From a virus, in the IMG/VR virus record IMGVR_UViG_3300028666_000002: a DNA stretch of 64,000 nt. The stretch is one strand, 5' to 3'. Below are positions 19,577 to 28,982 of this stretch, in pieces (the first letter of the stretch is position 1; the number at the start of each line of letters is the position of its first letter). Below the pieces are notes generated by a model. It saw nothing but the letters and a program-made list of their open reading frames with translations, searched no databases and was not told the origin of the DNA. The translations under genes were made by a program, and so were the position numbers.

Positions 19577-22538
19577 ATTCTCTAAAATGATGTTTAGTCA
19601 TCTAAACTCTTCAGAGGATGTAAAAAATTGGGTTAGACTGTTTCTAGACTTGGAAATCCCTCTAGAAATAACTGATCCAGATAGCAATTCTAGTCCATTA
19701 GATGCTATTTGGCAAATCTACAACACTTTCAAAACAAATAGTGGTGATAAAAATCCTGGTTATATACTTATGTCATGTCGAGAAGGCATGAAAACAGTTA
19801 GTGTTGCTATTCTTGAGACTCTTCTTTTGACACACTTTTCCTTAGACATTGGTCACGCCGCCGCCACAGAAGAACAGTCGGCTGTTGCTCTTGGTTATAT
19901 AGATAGTTTTTTAATGAAAATAGAACCATTAATGTTAGTCGCTGGATGGACTAACTTAACTCAGAATAAACGTCTTTTTAAATTTAAAACTCCAGAACAA
20001 AAAAGACCATTCATAAAAATCGTTATTTGTACTCCTAAGGGAATGAACAGTCTTCACTCCAACGTTCTTTTCCTAGACGAGTTGGACTTAGCTGATCCCA
20101 AAGCACTTTCCGAAGGTAAATATATTACCAGTCATAGCAAAGGTATTTATGGTGTAAAGGTATATCTTTCTACTCGTAAATATGCATACGGAAACATGTC
20201 CATCGCCATTGATCGAGCGCCGGACATGAATTATAAGATTATCAACTGGAATATTATAGATATCTGTGAAAGATGTCCTCCAGAGAGACATTTACCAAAT
20301 GGTCCAAAACAAAACGTGTACATTGGTAAAAATTTACCATTAAAAAATTTGACAATAGAAGAATTCAATATTCTTCCAGATATAGAAAAGCCAAAATGGG
20401 ATCTCATAGAAAATGTTCACCAGGGATGTGCAAAATGTCCTCTGTTGCCTGTATGTAAAACGCGATTAGCTAATAAGTCTCCTGAAGCAACTGGAGGTTT
20501 TCATAAACCCATAGTATCCGTTATACAGTCTTTCCTAGAAAATGATCCAGATTCTGCTGAAGCACAGTTAATGTGTTTTGGACCGACAACTCAGATTCTT
20601 ATGTCTGATGGTACATCCAAAAGCATAGAAAATGTCAAAATAGGAGACAGAGTAATCACGCATGTTGGATCATCAAAAAGGGTTATTGAAGTTTTTAAGC
20701 GTAAATATGAAGGCGATGTTTATTTAGTTGACAATGTTAACTGGAAACATTTTGATTCCACTATAGCAACCCCAGAGCACCCGTACTTTATTAATGGAAA
20801 AGAATTTAAAAGTATTTCCAATATTTTACCATTTAAATTTGATCGCTTTGGAGGCCTTAAATCGAAAGGTGATTACGTTTCTTTGCCAATAGAGTATGAG
20901 CCCTATGATTCTACAGAAATTAGATTTAAAGATTTGGTAAACAAGGAAACTAAATCCTTGGGGGGAAAGATTAGACTTAAGCATTCAACGGGACGTTACA
21001 TTCCTGAAAAATTCAATTTAAACTATGATTTTGGGTGGATGATAGGCTATTATGCCGCAGAAGGATATGTTAGTGAACGTACATATTCTAAAGAAAAACG
21101 CTGTACTTCCATTACTTTTTGTTCAGATGTACGAGAGATAGATTACCATGAACGTGTTAGAAAATTTGCCTCTTCGATAGGATTGTCAACATCAGAACTC
21201 GCTTCGAAAAAGGGAAACGGGTATACAATTGATTACTACAATACCACTATTGCTGAATTATTTCTGGCAATGTGTGGACGATATAGTGACAAGAAAAAGT
21301 TTCACCCAAAACTTATGGATGCGAATCTAAATTTCTTGAAGGGAATTCTTGAAGGTTTTGATGCTGGAGATGGCACTAAGAGAAAAAAGCCCTATAAAGA
21401 ACTTACTACCACAAGCTACGATTTGGCATCACAATTGTTTACTATTGCGGCTCGATTAGGACTTTGTCCACGCATAACTAAAAAACCATCCGTTAAGGAT
21501 CGTAAACAAGCTTACCTGGTTCATTATATTGACATGGACCATATATATAAACAAAAGCGAACAAAGTTTAAGTTTGAAAATAAATACAATCAGTATCGTA
21601 TAGATAATCTCTCTACAAAATCATACAATGGGTATGTGTACAATATTGAAGTAGAAAAAGATCACAGCTACATTGCAAATGGCGTCGCGGTACACAATTG
21701 CTGGAAACCCGGCAGTACTGGATTGGTTTATCCTAGATTTAGTAAAACAGAAAATATCATCACATTAAAACAAGCTTGGGAAACTTTATTTGGACCTACA
21801 AACAAAGCCGTTAATGAGCTTATGTTACTTCATGCGATGAAAAATCTTGGAATACTTTTTTATGCTGGAATAGACTGGGGTTATGTTCATGATACGACTT
21901 TTTTGATAGTGGCTATGATTCCAAATGGTGAGGTATGGCTCATGGAAACATACGCTTCTCCAGGATTGGAATTTGCAGATCAACTAGAGGTAGGAAAGGC
22001 TTATAGGGATAAATATACAATACATAAATGGTTTGCCGATACTGCAATGCCCTCTAATCTAAAATCTTTCAATAAAAATGGTATGAAATGTCCTAATTTC
22101 AAAAAAGATGTACTGGGTGGTGTGGAGGCTGTACGGTCGAAGATATCATCTGCAAGTGGAAAAAGATTCTTTAAAATCATACAAAATGAATCCAACAAAA
22201 AAGCTATAACGGCTATTAGTAAACACAGATTTATTTTGGATGGGCAGGGAAATCCTACTATGAACCCGGATGATGAAAGAGGGGTGGCTGATATCTGTGA
22301 CTCCTTACGTTATATCGGTCAAAATTGTTTTCCGGTACGAGGCACCCAAAAACCAGAGGCTGTTTGGATGGATAATCACGGAAAACCTGTAAATCCACAC
22401 GATCCAGAGCAAATGGCCGCAGCGGAAAGGGCTTCAATTCATCAGAATCAAATGAAAGAAGAAATAGCCAAAAGGGTAGGTGGAGAGCCTAATGTGATAT
22501 CGTCTGGAAAAAAAGGTGGGTTCTATTTTACTTTTTGA
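19539..22538 (+). CDS. terL: terminase large subunit containing an intein
   Basis: Deviant Walker A SCREGMKT, Walker B LFLDE, nuclease GIDWG...D...DICDSLRY; lies upstream of the portal. Confidence 0.9.
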   Translation: MDCSNLTELEKTEFSKMMFSHLNSSEDVKNWVRLFLDLEIPLEITDPDSNSSPLDAIWQIYNTFKTNSGDKNPGYILMSCREGMKTVSVAILETLLLTHFSLDIGHAAATEEQSAVALGYIDSFLMKIEPLMLVAGWTNLTQNKRLFKFKTPEQKRPFIKIVICTPKGMNSLHSNVLFLDELDLADPKALSEGKYITSHSKGIYGVKVYLSTRKYAYGNMSIAIDRAPDMNYKIINWNIIDICERCPPERHLPNGPKQNVYIGKNLPLKNLTIEEFNILPDIEKPKWDLIENVHQGCAKCPLLPVCKTRLANKSPEATGGFHKPIVSVIQSFLENDPDSAEAQLMCFGPTTQILMSDGTSKSIENVKIGDRVITHVGSSKRVIEVFKRKYEGDVYLVDNVNWKHFDSTIATPEHPYFINGKEFKSISNILPFKFDRFGGLKSKGDYVSLPIEYEPYDSTEIRFKDLVNKETKSLGGKIRLKHSTGRYIPEKFNLNYDFGWMIGYYAAEGYVSERTYSKEKRCTSITFCSDVREIDYHERVRKFASSIGLSTSELASKKGNGYTIDYYNTTIAELFLAMCGRYSDKKKFHPKLMDANLNFLKGILEGFDAGDGTKRKKPYKELTTTSYDLASQLFTIAARLGLCPRITKKPSVKDRKQAYLVHYIDMDHIYKQKRTKFKFENKYNQYRIDNLSTKSYNGYVYNIEVEKDHSYIANGVAVHNCWKPGSTGLVYPRFSKTENIITLKQAWETLFGPTNKAVNELMLLHAMKNLGILFYAGIDWGYVHDTTFLIVAMIPNGEVWLMETYASPGLEFADQLEVGKAYRDKYTIHKWFADTAMPSNLKSFNKNGMKCPNFKKDVLGGVEAVRSKISSASGKRFFKIIQNESNKKAITAISKHRFILDGQGNPTMNPDDERGVADICDSLRYIGQNCFPVRGTQKPEAVWMDNHGKPVNPHDPEQMAAAERASIHQNQMKEEIAKRVGGEPNVISSGKKGGFYFTF
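20574..21698 (+). mobile_element. intein with LAGLIDADG homing endonuclease (375 aa) in terL
   Basis: M|CFGPTT at the N-junction, block B ATPEHP, LAGLIDADG-like motifs MIGYYAAEG and ILEGFDAGDG, C-junction VYNIEV...VAVHN|C. Confidence 0.95.
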
Positions 22539-22574
22539 TATCCATAACTTATAGCGTTTTATTAGTTACAGAGC

Positions 22575-22580
22575 AATCTT
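22575..22580 (+). promoter_or_regulatory. candidate late promoter AATCTT (portal operon)
   Basis: GCAATCTTAA; one of about 15 copies upstream of genes. Confidence 0.6.
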
Positions 22581-22609
22581 AATGTAGGACTTTATCAAAA
22601 GGGTAAAAA

Positions 22610-23563
22610 ATGAGCACATTCAGTTTCTTAGTATATCTAAATGCATATTCTGATCGTAAGTCAACAAATTCCCCTGATCGTGGCAATTTTAAGTGGACCA
22701 GGGATGTTAACGGCCTTCCGGTAGGTGGTCCTACTAGCCTAGATTTCGATTTGGCGCCTGGAGAGACCAAAACCCTTGTCAACGGCGCTAGGACCCTTAC
22801 ACAAGACGGTACAACGGAATATAGCATAGCTTTGGCCCCCTTTTCGACTACCACTTACAATTTTTCATGGGTAGGCGGTACAAACCCGACTTTTAGGACT
22901 TCTAGAACGTCTGGCGCAGATGCTACCACTCAAGTAACGGTTACTGTCAATGGAACAGTGGTTACTTTTACCTCTACTGGTGGTACCCCATTAAATTTAA
23001 TCTCTGGTGGTGTTATAGCTGGCGATTACGTCACAATTGGTAATCTTTTCAATAGTTTAAATCAAGGACAATGGCAAATCATTGCCCTTACGGCTACTAG
23101 TTTTAGTGTAGTGAACCCTCAAGGGGTTAACGAAGGTCCAATTACGCTTGGAGCAGGATTTGCCAGTCAAGTTGACATCTATAGTGCGGCTGGGGTGCAA
23201 ATTGGGGATACTCTGCAGATTTTTGGTGGATTTTCACCAGTTACTCAAGGATATTACACAGTTACAGCGGTTACTGATAAATATTTGCAATTCTCTTCTC
23301 TCGGCTTACTTCCGACAGAAGGTCCTGTAACTACTGATGATATTGCTGTTTTCTCTGATGCACAGCGTTTTATCTATTTAGAATCTAACCAACATGTCTC
23401 TATGATAGTTAATAGTATAGCTGGTAATGAAATTAACCCGTTAGCAGACGGTGTTGGTCACAACGCTCCAGGTATATTTTTGAGAACATCGACGGTTTAT
23501 AGTTTGACAGTTACTAATATAAGTGTCAACACTGCTAAATTGTTCTTTGCAGCAGTAAGGTAA
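22610..23563 (+). CDS. putative virion structural protein (beta-rich)
   Basis: Thr/Gly/Val-rich; preceded by the AATCTT motif; directly upstream of the portal. Confidence 0.55.
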   Translation: MSTFSFLVYLNAYSDRKSTNSPDRGNFKWTRDVNGLPVGGPTSLDFDLAPGETKTLVNGARTLTQDGTTEYSIALAPFSTTTYNFSWVGGTNPTFRTSRTSGADATTQVTVTVNGTVVTFTSTGGTPLNLISGGVIAGDYVTIGNLFNSLNQGQWQIIALTATSFSVVNPQGVNEGPITLGAGFASQVDIYSAAGVQIGDTLQIFGGFSPVTQGYYTVTAVTDKYLQFSSLGLLPTEGPVTTDDIAVFSDAQRFIYLESNQHVSMIVNSIAGNEINPLADGVGHNAPGIFLRTSTVYSLTVTNISVNTAKLFFAAVR

Positions 23564-23564
23564 T

Positions 23565-25433
23565 ATGAGTGATACCACAAATAACGATATCAGTAAACAA
23601 CTAGCCGATGCGGCGAAAGCTGCTCAGACTATTTCCGAAGCCAATAAAAAGGGCGTTGTTTTCTCTATGGGGCAATCTGCTGACGGTGTTTTAGAAAAAG
23701 CAGGATATGAGCCCACTAATCCCAATTCGCAATTGATGTATACGCTTCAACAGGCGGCTGGAAGTGCTAACAAGAAAGCTCCCAGATTAGCTTTTACTGA
23801 AAATCCAGCACCTACCGATAACTACCTTGGTTTGTATAAGTCCAAAAGACGACTTCTGCCCGATGAAGTTCTTAAGCAGATTCGCCTTCAAGACCATTTA
23901 GTGGCTTCCATCCTACGTGCTCGTGGAAGTACGATGAGCCTTTTTGGCCATCTACGAAAGGATCGTTTTGATGTAGGTGTGGAATTATCGTTAAAACAAG
24001 AATTTTATGATGTTTTGACTCCAGAACAATATGAAAAAGTTACGGAGCGCATGAAAAAGGTCGAACGCCTGATTCTTAATTGCGGCCATACTGCTGGTCT
24101 AGAACACCATGATAAAATGACTTTGGCTCAATTCATGGATATTCAAACCCAGAATGGATTGAACTTCGCAAGATTCGGAACAGAAATAATTTATGATAGA
24201 GAAGCAGAACCAGATGAAGATGGGAACTATCCTTTTCATCGTTTTAGACCGGTAGACGTTGGTACTATTTATAAAACTGTTCGTAAGGGTGAATATATCG
24301 GAAACACCTTGCGAGAAACAGCTATGAAGATGCTGGAAAGCATCACTGGTGATAAACCCAAGATTGATCTACAGAAGTTAAAAGAAGATAAATATGCTTG
24401 GTTGCAAGTTATCGATGGCACTCCACGTCAAGCATTTACTCACAGAGAAATGTTAGTTTACAATCTTTTCCCATGTACTGATATCGAAATGAATGGTTAT
24501 CCAGTGTCTCCTATTGATACTGCGGTTAGCTCCATCACTACCCACATTTCTATTGATGCGTACAAGAAGCTTTACTTCCAAAACGGTAGAGCCACAAAGG
24601 GGATGTTGGTTATTAAATCGGATGAAGTTGATGAATCAGTCCTTAACAACATCAAGCTTCAATTCAATGCTTCTGTAAACAACGTTGCTAATAGCTTCCG
24701 AACGCCCATATTCGGCCTTGGGAAAGAAGACGATATCGATTGGTTGCCATTTGCTGGGGAAGGTCTGCAAGATCGTGAATTTGAATTTATGTACGATCAA
24801 ATTGCTAGAAATATCATGTCCGTATTCAGCATGTCTCCTGATGAACTTCCTGGATATAGTCACCTTTCTCGCGGAACTAACAGCCAAACGCTTTCTGAAT
24901 CAAATAATGAATTTAAACTCACAGCGGCTAGGGATACTGGATTAAGGCCTTTGATTGCAAAGTTTCAGACATTCTTTAATCAATTATTGTTTCCACTCAT
25001 AGATCCGCTGTTGGCCAAAATCTGTGAAATCAAATTCTGTGGAATTGATGCTCAATCCAAAGAACAAGAATCTACGCGTTTACAGCAAGATATGTCTACC
25101 CACATGTCTTACGATGAAGTCTTGAATGCGGTAGACAAAGATGCTGTTGGCGAAATGATGGGCGGCTTGGTTCCGTTCAATGAACGATATCAATTGATTT
25201 TAGACAAATACAAAAACGTTGGCGAGATAATGGGTACGTTTTTGGGCGATGCTTCTGCTATGGTAGACCCATTGCTTAGATATAAGCGTGACCCGTTCTT
25301 TTTGCAATGGCTACAACTTGTAGCTCAAGTTAATCCTGCAGCTGCACAAGCTTATTTCTTGCCACGTCCGTTTGCTATGGATATACTTAAAATGGTAGTC
25401 GCTGATTCATTAGAGGAAGAAGATGAAAAATAG
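23565..25433 (+). CDS. portal protein
   Basis: 622 aa after terL; GYPVSP, YFQNG.ATKGML, I..VF.MSPDEL, GL.PL motifs typical of HK97/SPO1-type portals. Confidence 0.85.
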   Translation: MSDTTNNDISKQLADAAKAAQTISEANKKGVVFSMGQSADGVLEKAGYEPTNPNSQLMYTLQQAAGSANKKAPRLAFTENPAPTDNYLGLYKSKRRLLPDEVLKQIRLQDHLVASILRARGSTMSLFGHLRKDRFDVGVELSLKQEFYDVLTPEQYEKVTERMKKVERLILNCGHTAGLEHHDKMTLAQFMDIQTQNGLNFARFGTEIIYDREAEPDEDGNYPFHRFRPVDVGTIYKTVRKGEYIGNTLRETAMKMLESITGDKPKIDLQKLKEDKYAWLQVIDGTPRQAFTHREMLVYNLFPCTDIEMNGYPVSPIDTAVSSITTHISIDAYKKLYFQNGRATKGMLVIKSDEVDESVLNNIKLQFNASVNNVANSFRTPIFGLGKEDDIDWLPFAGEGLQDREFEFMYDQIARNIMSVFSMSPDELPGYSHLSRGTNSQTLSESNNEFKLTAARDTGLRPLIAKFQTFFNQLLFPLIDPLLAKICEIKFCGIDAQSKEQESTRLQQDMSTHMSYDEVLNAVDKDAVGEMMGGLVPFNERYQLILDKYKNVGEIMGTFLGDASAMVDPLLRYKRDPFFLQWLQLVAQVNPAAAQAYFLPRPFAMDILKMVVADSLEEEDEK

Positions 25434-26073
25434 TCAATTAAATTACAAAAGCAAATATTTTGAATTGCGTTCCAAGTACATTAATGATTTGGATACCGCT
25501 TTTAGGTTGGGCGTTGAAGAAGGAATGAAAAGCGCTCAACAACAGCAGGCTATGGATGCTCAAGCTCAAGCTCAAGAGGCTCAGATGGCACAAGCTCAGG
25601 CGTTGGCCGGTGGACAGCCTGGAGAACAACCTGGCGGAGAACAGCCAGGTGGAAATGACCAACCGGGCATGGAGAGTCAATCTGAAGAGGGGCAGCCGCA
25701 GCCTGGTATGGAAGGGCAACCTTCTGAACTTGATCAGCATATTGGGAAACTCGAAGGAATGCTTGGTCAAAATACAGATCCTGAAATTCAAAAGAGTTTG
25801 AATGAGATCAAAAACCTCAGAAAGGCAGAGAAGTTTGCTATAGAGATGAAGAAATCAGAAAAAGCCATTGCTGGCATAGCCAAAGCTTTGCATAAGCCAG
25901 GTTTCAAGCTAAACGCATTGGCTCAGCATAATTTGTCTGATACTGCAAAGAAATCTGTCAGCATGCAGCACAAAATCGTCAACGATATTATGGAAAAATG
26001 GCAAAAAGAAGAAAGCAACGCTTCAAAAGATATTACAAATATTCTTAATATTGAAAATCTGATTAAGGAATAA
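25423..26073 (+). CDS. hypothetical head-associated protein (Gln/Pro-rich)
   Basis: Follows the portal; several xxK-S/A motifs. Confidence 0.6.
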   Translation: MKNSQLNYKSKYFELRSKYINDLDTAFRLGVEEGMKSAQQQQAMDAQAQAQEAQMAQAQALAGGQPGEQPGGEQPGGNDQPGMESQSEEGQPQPGMEGQPSELDQHIGKLEGMLGQNTDPEIQKSLNEIKNLRKAEKFAIEMKKSEKAIAGIAKALHKPGFKLNALAQHNLSDTAKKSVSMQHKIVNDIMEKWQKEESNASKDITNILNIENLIKE

Positions 26074-26077
26074 AAAA

Positions 26078-26839
26078 GTGTTTGGCATTAGTAGTAATGG
26101 TAAGGAAGCTCTAGGCCAAACCGTAGAAGATATCTTCGACCGAATAGCACTTCAGCTATTGGGGAACATCCCTAAGTTACAAAGCAAAAAGCAACTAGTA
26201 CTTTCATATCAGCCTAACTTTGGTCTATCCCATTTGTTCGTACAGGGAATGGCCAACAAAGCTCCTAATGAAATTGAAAAAGATGTACTAAAAAGCATGC
26301 TTGAAAGTGCTTATGGCTATATCGAATCTCTTAAAAACAAGACCAAATCAGACATCACAGAGCAATTAGATGGTCTAGCTAGAGAAGCCCGCCTAGGAAA
26401 AAGAAAGATTTCCAAGGAAGAAGTGCAGTCGATTCTTAATAAAGAATTTAAACGTGCCAAATCCCATATGGCCGCCATTGCAGAGCAAGAAGGAACCAAA
26501 TTTCGTAACCTGGGAAGCATGATGGATATCGCACGAGTTTCATCTTCTTTGGGCGATGCAGATCCTACTGTTTTCTTTGTGGTTGTTAGGGATAATGTCC
26601 TGTGCAATGAATGTCGAAGATTACATTTGATGCCGGATGGCGTTACGCCGCGTCTATATAAACTTTCTGAACTCAAGCAGGGATACCACAAACGTGGTGA
26701 GGACAATCCATCAGCCTTTGGCTTGCATCCCCATTGTAGGTGTACGCTTACGTATTTATCTTCCGGTTTTGGATTTAAAGAAGGCAAGTTAAAGTATCAA
26801 GAAGAAGGATTTGATGCCTATCAAGAACAGAGAACTTAG
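26078..26839 (+). CDS. MuF/SPP1 gp7-like head morphogenesis protein
   Basis: CNEC...HPHCRC C-terminal signature; near the portal. Confidence 0.75.
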   Translation: MFGISSNGKEALGQTVEDIFDRIALQLLGNIPKLQSKKQLVLSYQPNFGLSHLFVQGMANKAPNEIEKDVLKSMLESAYGYIESLKNKTKSDITEQLDGLAREARLGKRKISKEEVQSILNKEFKRAKSHMAAIAEQEGTKFRNLGSMMDIARVSSSLGDADPTVFFVVVRDNVLCNECRRLHLMPDGVTPRLYKLSELKQGYHKRGEDNPSAFGLHPHCRCTLTYLSSGFGFKEGKLKYQEEGFDAYQEQRT

Positions 26840-27024
26840 TCTTTCACGCCCCATTTTTCGTGCATTATAATTACTTTTTCTCCATCTGATGCTATATCAT
26901 TTGCTGGAAATTGATATTGACATTCTTCAGGTTCATTTACTTCAATCATCAAATCTACTTCGGCATCAGGTGGCAATTTTAATTGAAACCATTGCAATCT
27001 TTCAATTAGCTTAGATAGTTTCAT
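26836..27024 (-). CDS. hypothetical protein
   Basis: GGAG RBS; MKLSKLIERLQ start typical of small phage proteins. Confidence 0.6.
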   Translation of the reverse strand: MKLSKLIERLQWFQLKLPPDAEVDLMIEVNEPEECQYQFPANDIASDGEKVIIMHEKWGVKD

Positions 27025-27038
27025 TCACACTCCAAAAA

Positions 27039-27299
27039 TTAATTTCTCGGAAAATAATGGTAATAAACAATCAATCCCCAACTCAGAGCCTCTACAAGAT
27101 AGTTAATCGTCAAAATTAAATCAAAACCATAATTCAAGAATAAGTAAGAATACATAAAGATCGCGCCCAAGAAGATCATCCAGGCGATGGATACCGGCGT
27201 TCCTACACTTTTCCCCGCCTTAAATGTTTGATATGCAGCAGGAACTCCGCAGTATCCAAAACAAAAACCGCCTAAAACTCCCAACAATTTTGTGATCAT
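27039..27299 (-). CDS. PQ-loop/SemiSWEET-like three-TM membrane protein
   Basis: Three hydrophobic segments; GVPAAYQTFKAGKSVG occupies the PQ-loop position. Confidence 0.5.
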   Translation of the reverse strand: MITKLLGVLGGFCFGYCGVPAAYQTFKAGKSVGTPVSIAWMIFLGAIFMYSYLFLNYGFDLILTINYLVEALSWGLIVYYHYFPRN

Positions 27300-27312
27300 A
27301 TATCGCTTCCTG

Positions 27313-27492
27313 TCATCTTAAATTATCTATATCTTCATTTGCAGATATGGTTGTTACTATAAAGAATTCTACAAGTAACACAACAAATATAACCATTGAA
27401 ATCGGATATGTATTAAAAAGCCATCCCAATAAAAGTGGCACCGCGAAGGCACTAACAATAATCAGATGTACTGCCAGAATCTTTTTTAACAT
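27313..27492 (-). CDS. small two-TM membrane protein (59 aa, not in ORF track)
   Basis: Manual translation MLKKILAVHLIIVSAFAVPLLLGWLFNTYPISMVIFVVLLVEFFIVTTISANEDIDNLR; GAGG RBS. Confidence 0.55.
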   Translation of the reverse strand: MLKKILAVHLIIVSAFAVPLLLGWLFNTYPISMVIFVVLLVEFFIVTTISANEDIDNLR

Positions 27493-27653
27493 AACTTTCC
27501 TCTAAAATATTAACTACGATTCGGGATTTTGCCACTCGTGCGCCTTGTCTCCCCACATCAGTGCTAACTTAGTGGAACCTTTGTGCAGAACGCTTTCAGT
27601 ACCCAAAAATTAAGGCTCGTTTGTTTCTACCCTTAGCACGGGCCGTAGCTTCA

Positions 27654-27731
27654 TCATGTGGCACGTCTTACGACTCAGGCTTCTCAGCCCTACCTTACGG
27701 GCAAGTACACTAGTTACCTCGCCGCCACTGA
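27654..27731 (-). ncRNA. putative structured RNA with GNRA-capped hairpins
   Basis: Minus strand: closing stem GTGGCG/TGCCAC; hairpins GCGAG/CTTGC, GGCT-GAGA-AGCC, GTC-GTAA-GAC. Confidence 0.5.
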
Positions 27732-27830
27732 CTATTAATGGGCAGGCCCCTTCACGGTCCTTTTCACCAGGCTAGTGCGGTTGTTGACTTCTAGCTGCCT
27801 CACGCATTGTACTGGCACCCAATAAAATGT

Positions 27831-27921
27831 GCTGGTGGGTCGGTGAACTGCCAACTCGAACGCGACCAATCAAAACAGAGCCGACCTGTGTATCCTCTAA
27901 GCGACTTACATCGCCACCAGC
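27831..27921 (-). ncRNA. tRNA-like RNA A (91 nt)
   Basis: Terminal stem GCTGGTGG/CCACCAGC; 5' hairpin GCGA-TGTAAG-TCGC; T-arm-like GTTGG-CAGTTCA-CCGAC (5 bp + 7 nt) abutting the 3' strand. Confidence 0.6.
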
Positions 27922-27932
27922 TAAAAATTTTT

Positions 27933-28170
27933 TTTCAAAGAATCGGAATTACACCGACTTGCCATATATGAAGTCATTGAGCATCTGCCGACTCCATCAC
28001 ATTCTTATTCCGCAAATTACTTAAATACCCAAAAGACTTAACTTGCAAGGTTTCGTTATTACCCTAATGTCACGGGTATCCACCTCGAACTCTTAGGCCA
28101 AATACCGGTGGGCTAAACGCCGTAACGGTACGTTTCATTTGCACGTGTCATGTCCACGCCGTCTTTGAAA
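27933..28170 (-). ncRNA. tRNA-like RNA B with a long central insert (238 nt)
   Basis: Terminal stem TTTCAAAGA/TCTTTGAAA; CG linker; D-arm GCGT-GGACATGAC-ACGT; T-arm GTCGG-TGTAATT-CCGAT. Confidence 0.7.
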
Positions 28171-28239
28171 ATCTGTGCGGATCTCTCTCCGCTTGTCACG
28201 ATTTCACTCGTCGCCTACAGAGCTACTGTAAGAACGGTT

Positions 28240-28349
28240 GCTGGCGGGCTAACTTCGGGGGCGACCCTGTTTTAACATCCTAGATTCCTCAAAGGTGCGG
28301 AAGATTCGCGCAATCATCCGAGCGTTTCTCATTCAACGCCGCCGCCAGC
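28240..28349 (-). ncRNA. tRNA-like RNA D (110 nt, T-arm degenerate)
   Basis: Terminal stem GCTGGCGG/CCGCCAGC; CG linker; D-arm GCGT-TGAATGAGAA-ACGC. Confidence 0.6.
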
Positions 28350-28354
28350 TAAAC

Positions 28355-28489
28355 TTAATCCTTTTTGCTTCGTAATCTTTTAATTCCATGATAAATCAGA
28401 ATAATAAATCCTACTGGAACTACTACTAAACTAAAAAACAAACCAAACGCTATATAAAGCGCTAATATAATTGCGACAAGCGTATCCAT
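28355..28489 (-). CDS. small membrane protein (44 aa, not in ORF track)
   Basis: MDTLVAIILALYIAFGLFFSLVVVPVGFIILIYHGIKRLRSKKD; GGGA RBS. Confidence 0.5.
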   Translation of the reverse strand: MDTLVAIILALYIAFGLFFSLVVVPVGFIILIYHGIKRLRSKKD

Positions 28490-28495
28490 AATTCC

Positions 28496-28789
28496 CTACT
28501 TAGCAGCGCCAGTATCAACCCAATTAATGATCAGATCTCTTTCAGACTGTGGCATATCATTAGTGCCTGCTGGCATTTCCTTAGTATACACTTTTTGTTT
28601 GATTTGTAACCTAAAATTATAAGCTTCTTCATACTTTTGCCAGTTCTTTCCAGCCATATAATCATGACATCTAGAGCATCGATTTTTGAAGATAGCTTGG
28701 ATGTCTTCTGTATAAGTGGGATTTCGGGCATATCCCAATGAATTGATTAGTAAAATAGCAAGAATTGTTTTTTTCACATAGTCCTCCAA
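28496..28789 (-). CDS. exported mono-haem c-type cytochrome
   Basis: Signal peptide KKTILAILLINSLGYA (likely GTG start at 28777), CSRCH haem motif, distal EMP, C-terminal ERDLIINWVDTGA helix. Confidence 0.75.
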   Translation of the reverse strand: MEDYVKKTILAILLINSLGYARNPTYTEDIQAIFKNRCSRCHDYMAGKNWQKYEEAYNFRLQIKQKVYTKEMPAGTNDMPQSERDLIINWVDTGAAK

Positions 28790-28796
28790 ATAAAGT

Positions 28797-28970
28797 GCTG
28801 ATGAGTCGGTCTTATTCCTAGCTTGCGGTTAATTCCGCTTACTTTTTGCCGCGCTCAGTAGATATGTCTGGTCAAACCATATTCTACTTCCCCGTATGTG
28901 AATTTGCGGACCAGAATCGTCGGACTTTCGTCCCTAACATACGTGCGTGTCCTTCCACGCCGCCACCAGC
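28797..28970 (-). ncRNA. tRNA-like RNA E (174 nt)
   Basis: Terminal stem GCTGGTGG/TCATCAGC (2 G-U); CG linker; D-arm GCGT-GGAAGGAC-ACGC; internal GGAC-GAAA-GTCC; imperfect T-arm ending CCGAC. Confidence 0.68.
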
Positions 28971-28982
28971 ATCTAAACTATA

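Noticed and set aside
27654-27731. Hammerhead ribozyme (CTGAG...GTCGTAAGAC)
   Set aside because: The CUGANGA and GAAA core elements are not present in the required arrangement.
27827-28024. Plus-strand 65-aa ORF (and 32849-33109)
   Set aside because: They overlap structured minus-strand RNA candidates, lack an RBS and have no recognisable protein features.
28113-28142. tmRNA: RNA B has a tag-like frame GCA AAT GAA... (ANETYRYGV*) after its D-arm
   Set aside because: No GGGG start, G3-U70 pair or CCA end; the frame directly follows the D-arm and lies within a hairpin. Probably coincidence.
27831-28970. CRISPR array (repeated CGCC[AG]CCAGC words)
   Set aside because: The repeats are short, irregularly spaced and form inverted pairs closing each element; there is no constant repeat-spacer period and no cas gene.
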